From: an uncultured delta proteobacterium
GTDB taxonomy: Bacteria > Myxococcota > Myxococcia > Myxococcales > Anaeromyxobacteraceae
Direction: 5' to 3'
Assembly (NCBI GenBank): GCA_963845515.1
Contig: CAWJSR010000005.1
Span: forward strand, 1 to 11,595
Length of the DNA stretch: 11,595 nt
Positions 1 through 8,045 of the stretch are shown here, one piece after another. Positions within the stretch are counted from its first letter, which is position 1, and every line of letters starts with the position of its first letter. Both the position numbers and the translations under genes were made by a program. The notes beneath the pieces were generated by a model that searched no databases, was not told where the DNA came from, and was given only the letters and a program-made list of their open reading frames with translations.

Positions 1-2
1 GC

Positions 3-161
3 TCCTTCCGCCCGCCCAACTTGCCCCCCCCCGAAGGAGCAGCCGTCGCAGGGCCCGCGTCGAGGGCCGAAGCGCAGGCGGCCGCCCCGGAGGACGCCGC
101 CAGATACCTCCGCGACGCCGCGCGCATCCTGCGCAGGGAGCACGCGCTGTTCGAGCGGTGA
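3..161 (+). CDS. 3' end of a CDS entering from the left edge, product unknown (...PEDAARYLRDAARILRREHALFER*)
   Basis: Frame starting at position 3 is open to TGA at 159-161, and the last ~25 codons have G/C-rich third positions. No recognisable motif. Confidence 0.45.
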   Translation, partial: SFRPPNLPPPEGAAVAGPASRAEAQAAAPEDAARYLRDAARILRREHALFER

Positions 162-282
162 GCCGCCCGCCCATGGCGCGGGCACGCCGCAGCGTTCACG
201 ACCTGAGAGGGGGCAGACCCGGGGCCTTCCCGCGCTTAAGGAGACGGGTCGGCGCTCCTCGCGCCTCAAGGAGTCACGGGTC

Positions 283-948
283 ATGTCGAGGCTTCGAGTG
301 GCCGCGTTCGGCATCTCCATCGACGGCTTTGGCGCCGGTATCAATCAGAGCCTGGACAACCCGATGGGCGTCGGGGGCATGGCGCTGCACAAGTGGGTCC
401 TGGGCACGAAGACCTTCCAGAAGATGAGCGCCGACTTCGCCGGATCGCTGATCGGTGACGTGGTCGGCCGAGAAGGGGTCGACGACTCCTTCGCCTCGCG
501 CGGCTTCGAGAACCTCGGCGCCTGGATCCTCGGCCGCAACATGTTCGGGCCGAGCCGGGGCCCGTGGACCGACGACGGCTGGAAGGGATGGTGGGGCAAG
601 AACCCGCCTTACCACGTGCCGGTCTTCGTGCTCACGCACCATGCTCGCGCGCCCATCACGATGGAGGGCGGCACGACGTTCCACTTCGTGACCGATGGCA
701 TCCACGCCGCCCTGGAGCGGGCGAAGGAGGCGGCCCGGGGCAAGGACATCCGCCTCGGCGGTGGAGTCGCCACCATTCGCGAGTACCTCACCGCGGGGCT
801 GATCGACGAGATCCACCTGGCGATCTCCCCCGTGCTCCTCGGCAGGGGCGAAAGCCTCCTGGCCGGGATCGACACGGTGCGCCTCGGCTACAGGTGCACG
901 GAGCACGCCTCCACGGACGACGCGACGCACGTGGTGCTGGCGAGGTGA
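283..948 (+). CDS. Dihydrofolate reductase family / RibD C-terminal domain protein (221 aa)
   Basis: Family-typical segments: ISIDGFGAG near the N-terminus, [22 protein letters not shown], and [46 protein letters not shown] at 268-273 precedes ATG 283. Confidence 0.93.
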   Translation: MSRLRVAAFGISIDGFGAGINQSLDNPMGVGGMALHKWVLGTKTFQKMSADFAGSLIGDVVGREGVDDSFASRGFENLGAWILGRNMFGPSRGPWTDDGWKGWWGKNPPYHVPVFVLTHHARAPITMEGGTTFHFVTDGIHAALERAKEAARGKDIRLGGGVATIREYLTAGLIDEIHLAISPVLLGRGESLLAGIDTVRLGYRCTEHASTDDATHVVLAR

Positions 949-1029
949 CTCCGTCCATCCGTCCGCGAAGGTTTCCTGCACTGCCCATCCACTTCTCACC
1001 TGTTTCCCGGACGCTCGCGGGCGCGTAGG

Positions 1030-1074
1030 TTCCTCCGGGCGGCCGTCGAGCGCGGTGTCACCTTCTTCGACACC
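1030..1074 (+). pseudogene. Short relic of an aldo/keto reductase N-terminal region ([15 protein letters not shown])
   Basis: The 15-codon translation matches the AKR motif (L/I)RxAxExGxTFFDTA. There is no in-frame ATG/GTG/TTG between the stop at 948 and this segment, and similarity ends after DT. Confidence 0.6.
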
Positions 1075-1165
1075 GACCCCGCCGTCGAGCCCCCCTGCCG
1101 GGTCCTCCGTCTTGGGATGCGAAGCGCGGGGCCAAACGACAGATAACACCAGCAGGGAGGATTCC

Positions 1166-2059
1166 TTGAGCGCGGTGACGTCTGCGGGCGCGAGATTTCG
1201 GGCGGCGGTCGAGAGCGAGCGACCGCTCCAGATCGCCGGCGCGATCAACGCATACTCGGCCCGGCTCGCGGAGGCCGCAGGGTTCCGCGCGCTCTACGTC
1301 TCGGGCGGAGGCGTCGCCGCCGCCTCGTGCGCACTGCCCGACCTGGGGATCACGGGGCTGGAGGACGTCCTCGTGGACGTCCGGCGGATCACCGACGCGA
1401 GCTCCCTGCCGGTGCTGGTCGACGTCGACACCGGCTGGGGCGGGGCCTTCAACATCGCGCGGACCGTCCGCTCGATGATCCGGGCGGGAGCCGGCGCCAT
1501 CCACCTCGAGGACCAGATCCAGCAGAAGCGCTGCGGCCACCGGCCAGGCAAGGCGATCGTCCCGAAGCAGGAGATGGTCGATCGGGTGAAGGCTGCCGTG
1601 GACGCGCGGACCGACGCCGCCTTCGTCGTCATGGCTCGCACCGACGCCCTCGCGCTGGAGGGGCTGGAGCGGACCCTCGACCGGGCGCGCGCCTTCGTGG
1701 AGGCGGGCGCCGACATGATCTTCCCCGAGGCGGTCGAGACCCTCGACGTCTACCGCCGCTTCGCCGAGGCGCTGCGGGTGCCGATCCTGGCGAACGTCAC
1801 CGAGTTCGGGCGCACGCCGCTCTTCACCGTCGACGAGCTGAGGAGCGCCGGGGTGGCGATGGCGCTCTACCCGCTCTCCGCCTTCCGCGCGCAGAGCAAG
1901 GCGGCGCTAGAGGTCTACCGCGCGCTGCGCCGGGACGGGACGCAGCGGAGCGTCCTGGATCGGATGCAGACGCGCGACGAGCTGTACGCGCAGCTCGACT
2001 ACCTCGCGTTCGAGCGGAAGCTCGACGAGCTCTTCGCGAAGGAGGAGGGCGAACCATGA
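1166..2059 (+). CDS. prpB: 2-methylisocitrate lyase (297 aa from TTG 1166)
   Basis: Catalytic KRCGH motif, plus [30 protein letters not shown] and [17 protein letters not shown] at 1155-1160 precedes TTG 1166, so the ORF-track start at 1055 is too far upstream. Confidence 0.96.
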   Translation: MSAVTSAGARFRAAVESERPLQIAGAINAYSARLAEAAGFRALYVSGGGVAAASCALPDLGITGLEDVLVDVRRITDASSLPVLVDVDTGWGGAFNIARTVRSMIRAGAGAIHLEDQIQQKRCGHRPGKAIVPKQEMVDRVKAAVDARTDAAFVVMARTDALALEGLERTLDRARAFVEAGADMIFPEAVETLDVYRRFAEALRVPILANVTEFGRTPLFTVDELRSAGVAMALYPLSAFRAQSKAALEVYRALRRDGTQRSVLDRMQTRDELYAQLDYLAFERKLDELFAKEEGEP

Positions 2060-3210
2060 GCGACCCCCTCACCTCGACCCAGCCGGAGCGCAAGAAGTCG
2101 GTGGCCCTTTCGGGCACCGTCGCGGGCGACACCGCGATCTGCACGGTCGGGCGCAGCGGCAACGACCTCCACTACCGCGGCTACGACATCCACGATCTCG
2201 CGCGGGAGGCCACGTACGAGGAGGTGGCCCACCTCCTCGTCCACGGCGCCCTCCCGACGGCCCTACAGCTCGCGGCCTACCGCACGCGGCTGCAGCGGCT
2301 CCGTGGGCTGCCCGGCGCCGTCCGGAGCGCCCTCGAGCACATCCCGGCCGCCGCGCACCCGATGGACGTGCTCCGGACCGGCTGCTCGGTGCTCGGCACC
2401 GTCCTGCCGGAGAAGGAGGGGCACCCGGAGGCCGGCGCGCGCGACATCGCCGACCGGCTCCTCGCCAGCCTCGGGGCGATGCTCCTCTACTGGCACCGCT
2501 TCGCCCAGACGGGACGGCGGATCGAGGTGGAGACGGAGGACGAGTCGATCGCCGCCCACTTCCTCCACCTCCTCCACGGCCGCGCCCCCTCCGCCGCGCA
2601 CGCCCGCGCCCTCGACCGGTCGCTGATCCTGTACGCGGAGCACGAGTTCAACGCCTCGACCTTCGCGAGCCGCGTCGTCGCCGGGACGGGCTCGGACCTC
2701 TACTCCGCCGTCACCGCCGGGATCGGCGCGCTCCGGGGGCCGAAGCACGGTGGCGCGAACGAGGTGGCGATGGAGATCCTCGAGCGCTACGCCAGCCCCG
2801 ACGAGGCGGAGGCCGACGTCCGGGCGCGGCTGGCGCGCAAGGAGATCGTCATCGGCTTCGGCCACCCGGTCTACACCGTCTCGGATCCGCGCAGCGCGAT
2901 CATCAAGGAGATCGCGCGCCAGCTCTGCGCCGACGCGGGGGCCCCCACCCTCTTCGCGGTCGCCGAGCGGATCGAGCGCGTCATGCGTGAGGTGAAGCGG
3001 ATGTTCCCGAACCTCGACTGGTTCAGCGCGGCGGCCTACCACGCGCTGGGCGTGCCGACGCCGATGTTCACGCCGCTCTTCGTCATCGCGCGGACGGCCG
3101 GCTGGTCCGCCCACGTGCTGGAGCAGCGCCAGGCCGGGAAGATCATCCGGCCGAGCGCCAACTACGTGGGGCCGGACGACCGCCCCTACGTCGCCCTCGG
3201 GGATCGCTGA
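2056..3210 (+). CDS. prpC: 2-methylcitrate synthase (384 aa)
   Basis: KKSVALSG...[21 protein letters not shown]-terminus and citrate-synthase motifs [41 protein letters not shown] overlap with the prpB stop; GGAGG upstream. Confidence 0.96.
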   Translation: MSDPLTSTQPERKKSVALSGTVAGDTAICTVGRSGNDLHYRGYDIHDLAREATYEEVAHLLVHGALPTALQLAAYRTRLQRLRGLPGAVRSALEHIPAAAHPMDVLRTGCSVLGTVLPEKEGHPEAGARDIADRLLASLGAMLLYWHRFAQTGRRIEVETEDESIAAHFLHLLHGRAPSAAHARALDRSLILYAEHEFNASTFASRVVAGTGSDLYSAVTAGIGALRGPKHGGANEVAMEILERYASPDEAEADVRARLARKEIVIGFGHPVYTVSDPRSAIIKEIARQLCADAGAPTLFAVAERIERVMREVKRMFPNLDWFSAAAYHALGVPTPMFTPLFVIARTAGWSAHVLEQRQAGKIIRPSANYVGPDDRPYVALGDR

Positions 3211-3224
3211 GCCGAGGCCCCGAC

Positions 3225-4670
3225 GTGAGCGCCCAGGCCGCCGCCAACGCTCGCCCCGCCCCCGACCCTGAGCTGGTGGCGATCGCCGACTACGTCGCTG
3301 GCCACCGCGTCGAGAGCCAGGAGGCGTGGCAGACGGCCCGCTACTCCCTGATGGACTCCCTCGGGACCGCCTTCCTGGCGCTCCGCTTCCCGGAGTGCAC
3401 GAAGCTCCTGGGCCCCGTGGTCCCCGGCACCTTCGTCCCCGGCGGCGCCCGCGTCCCCGGCACGCAGCTCGTGCTCGATCCGATCCTGGCCGCCTTCGAC
3501 CTCGGCGTCATGATCCGCTGGCTCGACTTCAACGACACCTGGCTCGCCGCGGAGTGGGGCCACCCCTCCGACAACCTGGGCGGGATCCTCGCCGTGGCCG
3601 ACTGGCTCTCCCGCCGAGACCTCGCCGCCGGCCGCGCGCCGCTCACCGTTCGCGACGTCCTGGGGGCGATGATCAAGGCGCACGAGCTCCAGGGGGTGCT
3701 GGCGCTCGAGAACTCGTTCAACGAGCTGGGGCTCGATCACGTCCTGCTCGTGAAGGTCGCGTCCACGGCGGTGGTCTCGCAGCTCCTCGGTGCGACCCGC
3801 GACCAGATCGTCGACGCGGTCTCACAGGCCTTCGTGGACGGCCCCAGCCTGCGGACCTACCGGCACGCCCCCAACGCCGGCTCCCGCAAGTCCTGGGCCG
3901 CCGGCGACGCGACGAGCCGCGCAGTCCGGCTCGCCCTGATGACGCTCCGGGGCGAGATGGGGATCCCGACGGCGCTCAGCGCGCCGAGGTGGGGCTTCTA
4001 CGACGCCCTCTTCCGCTCGAGGCGCTTCGCGCTCCAGCGGCCGTACGGCTCCTACGTGATGGAGAACGTCCTCTTCAAGATCTCCTTCCCCGCGGAGTTC
4101 CACGCGCAGACGGCGGTCGAGTGCGCGCTGAAGCTGCGGCCGCTCGTCGAGGGGCGCGAGGACCGGATCGCGCGCGTGGAGATCGCCACGCAGGAGCCGG
4201 CGATCCGGATCATCAGCAAGGAGGGGCCGCTCCACAACCCCGCGGACCGCGATCACTGCCTCCAGTACATGGTCGCGGTGCCACTCCTCTACGGCGCCCT
4301 CACGGCCGAGTCCTACGAGGACGTCTTCGCCGCCGACCCGCGCCTCGACGCCCTGCGGGCGAAGATCCTCGTGACCGAGGAGCCGCGGTTCACGCGCGAG
4401 TACTACGACCCGGAGAAGCGCTTCATCGGCAACGCCGTCCAGGTCTTCTTCGACGACGGCTCCAGGACCGAGAAGGTCTCGATCGACTTCCCCGTCGGCC
4501 ACCGCCGCCGCCGCGCGGAGGGGCTCCCGCTCCTCGTGAAGAAGTTCTCGGACGCGCTCGCCACCCGCTTCCCCCACCACCAGGCGGCGGCCCTCCTCGC
4601 CCTCTTCGGCGACCCGGCCCGGCTCGACGCGACGCCGGTCAACGAGCTCGTGGACCTGACGGTCATCTGA
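3225..4670 (+). CDS. prpD: 2-methylcitrate dehydratase (MmgE/PrpD family, 481 aa)
   Basis: Motifs [58 protein letters not shown] and [11 protein letters not shown]. Starts with GTG 14 nt after prpC, preceded by GAGG. Confidence 0.96.
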   Translation: MSAQAAANARPAPDPELVAIADYVAGHRVESQEAWQTARYSLMDSLGTAFLALRFPECTKLLGPVVPGTFVPGGARVPGTQLVLDPILAAFDLGVMIRWLDFNDTWLAAEWGHPSDNLGGILAVADWLSRRDLAAGRAPLTVRDVLGAMIKAHELQGVLALENSFNELGLDHVLLVKVASTAVVSQLLGATRDQIVDAVSQAFVDGPSLRTYRHAPNAGSRKSWAAGDATSRAVRLALMTLRGEMGIPTALSAPRWGFYDALFRSRRFALQRPYGSYVMENVLFKISFPAEFHAQTAVECALKLRPLVEGREDRIARVEIATQEPAIRIISKEGPLHNPADRDHCLQYMVAVPLLYGALTAESYEDVFAADPRLDALRAKILVTEEPRFTREYYDPEKRFIGNAVQVFFDDGSRTEKVSIDFPVGHRRRRAEGLPLLVKKFSDALATRFPHHQAAALLALFGDPARLDATPVNELVDLTVI

Positions 4671-4843
4671 TCACATCCGGACCGCCCTCGAGAGGTCTGG
4701 CAACGGGGGCCCGGCTCACGCGGCGAAAACCTCAGCGGCCGTGCCCACTTCCAGCTCGGGGTGAGTCGAGCCCCCGCTCCCCGTGCGCCAGGGCCAACCC
4801 CCGGTTAGAAACCGTTGGTCGCCCCTCGAGCGCGGAGGCCCAC

Positions 4844-5227
4844 TTGCTCGAATACCTCGCCAAGCTCGGCGAACGAATGGAGCGCGAGAACCGCGACCGC
4901 TTCATGGTCGAGGGAAGCCTGCCTGCCGGCACTCGCCGGGTCTCCGTCGCGGGGACGACCGGCTGGCTCTACCCGGTCGTCAACGAGCAGGGCGACGCGT
5001 TCCGCATGTTCCTCTGGTTCGACGGCGCCGCCTACCAGGTGAAGGTCGTCGAGCCGACGCTCGCCTACGCCGACCCCCACTGCTGTCACCTCTTCCCCGA
5101 CGCGCGGCTCTGCCTCGGCGGCGACGAGGGTGGCGGCATGCCGACGCTCGACGGCGCGTTCGCGCGGAGCGTGCTCTGGGCCAACGGCTACGGCGCCTTC
5201 GCGCGCACCGGTCGATTCCCGTTCTGA
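4844..5227 (+). CDS. Putative stand-alone prokaryotic E2 (ubiquitin-conjugating-fold) protein, 127 aa
   Basis: GGAGG SD at 4834-4838 precedes TTG 4844 (ATG 4877 is an alternative start). Motif PHCCHLFPDARLCLG resembles the E2 active-site region HP(N/H)hxxxGxhCL, with candidate Cys90 at 5111-5113. It is followed by a helical ARSVLWANGY..TGRFP end and lies upstream of a JAB/E1 gene. The E2 assignment is from motif and context only. Confidence 0.7.
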   Translation: MLEYLAKLGERMERENRDRFMVEGSLPAGTRRVSVAGTTGWLYPVVNEQGDAFRMFLWFDGAAYQVKVVEPTLAYADPHCCHLFPDARLCLGGDEGGGMPTLDGAFARSVLWANGYGAFARTGRFPF

Positions 5228-5239
5228 AGGAGGCACCCC

Positions 5240-5438
5240 ATGTCCGACACCGTCCTCGATCGCGTTCAGTTGCTGCTCCGGGAGAGCCGCGAAAAGGGTG
5301 AGGAGCTTCCGCGCGAGCGCGCGCGGAAGGTCTTCGTCGAATCCGAGCGGGCGAATCCGCCTCGGAGACGACGTCCCCGACGCGGAGGGGCCCGGCCTCT
5401 CCGAGATCCACCACGCGGTCTTCGCCGCGCGTGGCTGA
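5240..5438 (+). CDS. Small ~65-aa protein interrupted by an apparent 1-nt insertion near 5340-5341; candidate modifier/substrate of the E1-E2-JAB module
   Basis: Strong AAGGAGG SD at 5227-5233 precedes ATG 5240. Removing one A from GTCGAATCCG gives MSDTVLDRVQLLLRESREKGEELPRERARKVFVDPSGRIRLGDDVPDAEGPGLSEIHHAVFAARG*, whose TGA (5436-5438) overlaps the GTG start of the next gene. The uncorrected frame runs into Arg/Pro-rich shadow-like sequence. Confidence 0.7.
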
Positions 5439-7278
5439 TCCGTCATTCGTCCTCGGCGACTGGGTGCTCGCCGAGCTCGAGCGCGAGCTCGCGGCGCAGC
5501 CGCCTGAGCGCGGCGGCGCCCTCCTCGGCCCCAGGCTCCGGCCGGTCGTCACCCGCTTCGTCCCCGATCCGGACGCCGTGCGCAGCGGTGTGAGCTGGGC
5601 CCCGTCCCGCGCCCTCGACGCCGCGGTGAAGGCGCTGGAAGGATCCGAAGGGCTCGAGCTCAAGGGGGTCGTCCACTCGCACCCCCGGGGCTTCGGCGAA
5701 CCCTCGAACCAGGACGTTCGCGAGCTGGCGCGCGGCCTCGCGATCAACGGCCACATGCCCTGCTACCTTGCCCCCATCGTGACGCCGGGGGTGGCTGGGT
5801 CGCTCGCTGCGCACGAGCTCCCCCTCGCGTCGGGCAGGCTCTCGTGCTTCGCCGCGTGGCGGGGACCGGCGGAGGGCGCCGTCGTCCGACCTCTCCGCCT
5901 TCGCCTACTGCCGCTCGCTCGCGACCTGTCGCGGCTCGCGCGCGAACTGGGCGCGCCGACACCGGCGCTCCTCGACGTGGACGCTGGCGCCGGGATCGCG
6001 CCGGGGGGTCGGCTCTCCCTGCCGGGCGAGGTGGAGCTGCTCGTGATCGCCGGCGACGGCTATCCGGCCCTCCCGCCGCTCCTGTTCCTCACGCTCGGCG
6101 GAGAGACGGAGCAGCTCCAGCCTTCCTGGCGCATCGACGTGCCTGAGGAGGAGCGGCTCCTTCGTGCGGCCCGCGAGGCGTTGGTGCCGCCGGGGCCGTA
6201 CCGCCGGAGCTACGGGCCGCGCGCAGGCCCCGCGCTCACGCGCGACCCGGCGCGCGCCGCCCTCGCCGGCTGGGAGCCGCGCCTCTCGGGGGAGGACCCG
6301 GACGCGACGGCCGCGGCGCTCCGGGACGCGCTGCTCGAGCGCGGCGCGGGGTTGCTGGCGCCCTCGCTCCGCGAGCGGACGGTGCTGGTCGCCGGCCTCG
6401 GGTCGGTCGGGTCGTACGTCGCGGAGCAGCTCGCGCGCAGCGGCGTGGGCGGCCTCACGCTCCTCGACCCGGAGCCGGTCGAGGCGGCGAACCTCTCGCG
6501 GACGGTCTACGGTGCCGCCGACGTGGACCGCCCGAAGACCGAGGCGCTCGCGCGGCGCCTCCTCTCCGCGGTGCCGTCGCTCCGGCTAGGTCTCCACCCC
6601 TCCCGCATCGAGGACCTCGCCCCCGCCGAGCTCGACGCCCTCGTGCGCGGCGTCGACCTGGTGGTGGGCGCCACCGACAATCCCGCCGGACAGCGCGCGC
6701 TCGACCGGTTCGCCTACGCGCGAGGTCGGCCCGCGGTCTTCGTCGGGCTCTACGCCGGGGCGCAGGGCGGCGAGGTGATCCTCACCGTCCCCGAGCGCAC
6801 GCCCTGCTTCCTCTGCGCCACTCGCGCGCGCCACGCGGCGGAGCGGACCGCGGGGCGCGTGGAGCGCGCGACCGACTACGGCTCCGGGAGGCTCGCTGGC
6901 GAGCCGGCGTTGGGCGCCGACATCCAGCACGTGGCGAGCGCGGCCGTGAAGCTCGCCCTCTCGCTCCTCCTGCCCGGCGGCAAGGTGGGCGCGCTCGCCG
7001 AGGGAGCCGTGGCGGAGGGCACGCCCTACCTCACGCTCTCCACCGTGCCACGCTACTGGTTCTACCCGGGGATCTTCGGGGACGTGCCTGGGCAGGGCGC
7101 CTACCAGGCGGTCTGGCTCTCACCGGTGCGCAGCGACGACTGTCCGGTGTGCGGCGACCCGGGCGGGCGGATCGAGCCCCTGACCGTCCCGCTGCGCGCG
7201 CCGACCCGCGAGGAGCTGGCGGCGTCGCTCCGGGAAGGGCTATCGGCTAGCCCCGATAAGAGGGGGAGCCAACGATGA
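5431..7278 (+). CDS. JAB/MPN(JAMM) peptidase + E2-like middle domain + ThiF/E1 adenylyltransferase fusion (615 aa)
   Basis: Complete JAMM motif: E (5506) ... HSH-x7-S-x2-D (5674-5715). The middle region has ELLVIAGDGYPALPPLLF, similar to the E2/RWD YPxxPP motif. ThiF motifs: VAGLGSVGS, DPEPVEAANLSR, PKTEALARRL, GATDN, CFLC and C-terminal CPVC. Confidence 0.9.
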   Translation: MADPSFVLGDWVLAELERELAAQPPERGGALLGPRLRPVVTRFVPDPDAVRSGVSWAPSRALDAAVKALEGSEGLELKGVVHSHPRGFGEPSNQDVRELARGLAINGHMPCYLAPIVTPGVAGSLAAHELPLASGRLSCFAAWRGPAEGAVVRPLRLRLLPLARDLSRLARELGAPTPALLDVDAGAGIAPGGRLSLPGEVELLVIAGDGYPALPPLLFLTLGGETEQLQPSWRIDVPEEERLLRAAREALVPPGPYRRSYGPRAGPALTRDPARAALAGWEPRLSGEDPDATAAALRDALLERGAGLLAPSLRERTVLVAGLGSVGSYVAEQLARSGVGGLTLLDPEPVEAANLSRTVYGAADVDRPKTEALARRLLSAVPSLRLGLHPSRIEDLAPAELDALVRGVDLVVGATDNPAGQRALDRFAYARGRPAVFVGLYAGAQGGEVILTVPERTPCFLCATRARHAAERTAGRVERATDYGSGRLAGEPALGADIQHVASAAVKLALSLLLPGGKVGALAEGAVAEGTPYLTLSTVPRYWFYPGIFGDVPGQGAYQAVWLSPVRSDDCPVCGDPGGRIEPLTVPLRAPTREELAASLREGLSASPDKRGSQR

Positions 7279-7318
7279 TCGCGGCCTCCTCGCCCTGACG
7301 CCCGCCGCGCAGCCTGGG

Positions 7319-7723
7319 TCAGCGCTGCGAGAGAGCAACCCACACCCAGCCATCCTCGACCTTCGCCGGATGGGTCTGGATCCGCTCGGTCCGGATGTCG
7401 CGCATGAGCCTCGCCACGTTCCCGAGCATGGCGGCGGTCAGCGGGGGTGAGACCTCGCCCCCCAGGTGCGTCGGAACGGGGCCCGAGAGCGCCTCCCCCG
7501 TGGCGACGTCGAACTGGGCGCAATGCATGGCGCAAGTCAGGAGCGTCCCTTCGAGCGTCCCCTGCTCGAGCGGCGAGCTCATGTGCCCGCACCGTCGGTC
7601 GATCGCGTAGAAGACGCCGGCGCAGTTGCAGACGACGACCTCGCGGCCGTCGAGCTCGACCGCCTTCATGCCGCCCGGCGCCACCTCTGCCGCTGGGATC
7701 GCCTTCAGGTAGGGCTCACTCAA
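7319..7723 (-). CDS. Rieske [2Fe-2S] ferredoxin with a C-terminal insertion (134 aa)
   Basis: Rieske ligands CGH (RRCGHM) and CAMH, then FDVATGEAL. The TTG start overlaps the upstream stop and is preceded by GGAGAAGG. Confidence 0.9.
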   Translation of the reverse strand: MSEPYLKAIPAAEVAPGGMKAVELDGREVVVCNCAGVFYAIDRRCGHMSSPLEQGTLEGTLLTCAMHCAQFDVATGEALSGPVPTHLGGEVSPPLTAAMLGNVARLMRDIRTERIQTHPAKVEDGWVWVALSQR

Positions 7724-8045
7724 GGTCCTTCTCCGGGAGCTGGGGCAGGCTGTCGGGATCGGTGACGTCCTGGTGCACGAAGAGCCCGCACCAGCAGCGC
7801 CTCATCGCGTCGAAGTGACGCCGGTGGAACGGGATGCACGGACAGACGACCTGCATGTCGCGCCCGCGGTCCCCGCGGATGGGTTGGCAGGGGCAGTACG
7901 GGACGCCGTGCTTCTGCTCGAGCGAGACCTCCTGCTCCAGGAGGAAGTCCGCGAGGTCCTCGTCGGGGGTGAACTTGAAGCCGAGCGGCTCGACCACCCT
8001 GGTGAAGAGCTGGCGCAGCGCCCGCTTCCTCGCGTCGAGGTTCAT
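7716..8045 (-). CDS. Ferredoxin:thioredoxin reductase catalytic (beta) subunit-like protein (109 aa)
   Basis: MNLDARK...GVPYCPC...DMQVVCPC...RCWCGLFV contains the CPC/CPC/CxC signature of FTR catalytic subunits. ATG 8045 forms an ATGA overlap with the glutaredoxin stop. The ORF-track extension to 8747 is spurious. Confidence 0.9.
   Translation of the reverse strand: MNLDARKRALRQLFTRVVEPLGFKFTPDEDLADFLLEQEVSLEQKHGVPYCPCQPIRGDRGRDMQVVCPCIPFHRRHFDAMRRCWCGLFVHQDVTDPDSLPQLPEKDLE

Noticed and set aside
1327..2055. N-terminal extension of the 627-aa ORF (1327..3210)
   Set aside because: Arg/Gly/Pro-rich shadow frame overlapping prpB; prpC starts at the ATGA overlap at 2056.
274..4580. Long antisense ORFs (274..1248, 2263..3114, 3822..4580 and others)
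   Set aside because: Expected stop-poor antisense frames of high-GC genes; no motifs and they overlap well-supported CDSs.
4697..4715. Possible sigma-54 promoter (CTGGCA) after prpD
   Set aside because: No TTGC-like -12 element at the required spacing.
3326..4843. 633-aa ORF suggesting a long protein ending in the E2-like domain
   Set aside because: The upstream part is an alternative frame of prpD plus intergenic DNA; a clear SD and TTG at 4844 define the real gene.
5240..5593. 117-aa ORF as given in the track
   Set aside because: After codon ~33 it becomes Arg/Ser-rich and overlaps the JAB gene by 163 nt; the +1-shifted 65-aa reading fits better.
5431..7278. Interpretation as housekeeping ThiF/MoeB for thiamine or molybdopterin synthesis
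   Set aside because: No ThiS/MoaD-like GG-ending carrier, rhodanese domain or cofactor genes nearby; it is instead fused to JAB and an E2-like region and preceded by an E2-like gene.
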